This document shows, in pieces, positions 63,302 through 64,000 of a stretch of 64,000 nucleotides of DNA. The position numbers were made by a program, and so were the translations under genes. The stretch covers positions 64,001 to 128,000 of the forward strand of contig CBDCLE010000024.1 in NCBI GenBank assembly GCA_965218585.1, given 5' to 3'. The notes under the pieces are model-generated. The model was given only the letters and a program-made list of their open reading frames with translations, searched no databases and was not told the origin of the DNA. Within the stretch, counting starts at the first letter, position 1; each line of letters opens with the position of its first letter. This DNA is from Terriglobia bacterium. GTDB lineage: Bacteria > Acidobacteriota > Terriglobia > 20CM-2-55-15.

Positions 63302-64000
63302 TCAGTACGCGTTCAGTTCTCGAGCGACCCGAACTACGTCGGACACTTTTGGCAGGAAGAACTCTTCCAGAGGCGGACTGTAGGGTACGGGAGTATCGGG
63401 TGCTGTGATCCGGCGGATAGGTCCATCCAGATGGTCAAAGGCCTCTTCAGAGATTGCGGCGGCGAGTTCACCGGAAAACCCACCCGTTTTCGTGTCCTCG
63501 TGGAGCAGGATAACTTTATTCGTTCTCTTAACGGATTCCAGTACCGTGCCTCGATCGTAAGGGAGCAGGGAACGCAGATCCACAACCTCGACGTCGATGC
63601 CTTCCTTTTCCAGTTCCTTGGCGGCATCCAGTGCCACGAAAACCATGGCGCCGTAGGTGATCACCGAAACATCCGACCCGGTGCGACGCACGGCTGCTTT
63701 TCCGATTGGAACGGTGTAGTCTTCCTCGGGCAATTCCTCCTTGATCCGTCGATACAGGAACTTGTGCTCGAAGAAAATGACGGGATCGGGATCGCGAATG
63801 GCCGCTTTCATCAGCCCCTTTGCATCGTACGCCGTTGCCGGACAGACGACTTTAAGGCCCGGAGTATGCACGAAGTACATTTCCGGGTTCTGGGAGTGGA
63901 ACGGGCCGCCGTGAACGCCACCTCCGCTAGGTCCGCGTACGACAATAGGAACGCCCGCGCCCCAACGGTAGCGGCATTTCGCCGCGAAATTCGTGATCTG
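63302..64000 (-). CDS. 2-oxoacid dehydrogenase E1 beta subunit (5' end outside the window)
   Basis: GGPFHSQNPE, PGLKVV.P, DAKGL, FFEHK.LY, VVDLRSL.P. Confidence 0.95.
   Translation of the reverse strand, partial: QITNFAAKCRYRWGAGVPIVVRGPSGGGVHGGPFHSQNPEMYFVHTPGLKVVCPATAYDAKGLMKAAIRDPDPVIFFEHKFLYRRIKEELPEEDYTVPIGKAAVRRTGSDVSVITYGAMVFVALDAAKELEKEGIDVEVVDLRSLLPYDRGTVLESVKRTNKVILLHEDTKTGGFSGELAAAISEEAFDHLDGPIRRITAPDTPVPYSPPLEEFFLPKVSDVVRVARELNAY

Overview
Bacterial chromosomal window with moderately high GC. Gene content (DUF6152, DUF5916, a PQQ dehydrogenase, the style of the E1/E2 subunits) suggests Acidobacteriota, but this is inference only. All family assignments come from motif recognition by eye; no database was searched. 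(1) 0.3-10.4 kb is a methionine cluster. A 481-aa class I SAM-methyltransferase-fold protein is paired with a short 'core' MetE-like Zn enzyme, followed by a heptad-repeat protein, an AEC transporter and sahR-like/metF/metH with a palindromic operator. (2) 12-39 kb is accessory metabolism: a CDGSH-ferredoxin-CDGSH-Rieske-TPP fusion split by one in-frame amber codon, LarA/DASS/RidA, a metallopeptidase-TM-ankyrin protein, gdhA, formamidase, SMP-30, a solute symporter, a lipase, SnoaL, GNAT, DUF6152 genes and fragments, an amidohydrolase, and an oxidoreductase with a sigma54-type promoter. (3) 39.5-54 kb is a degraded integrative element (tyrosine integrase, excisionase, RHH regulators, P63C protein) heavily broken by IS1380, two IS256 types and an ISNCY-like element. 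It ends at a 3' tRNA-His fragment. (4) 54-64 kb holds DUF5916, a PQQ dehydrogenase, DUF6152, IS1380, a cysE-like gene and 2-oxoacid dehydrogenase E2/E1-beta. The best candidate for an undescribed system is the MTase-fold plus core methionine synthase pair. The multi-Fe-S/TPP fusion and the CTAG (stop-codon) targeting by IS1380 come next.
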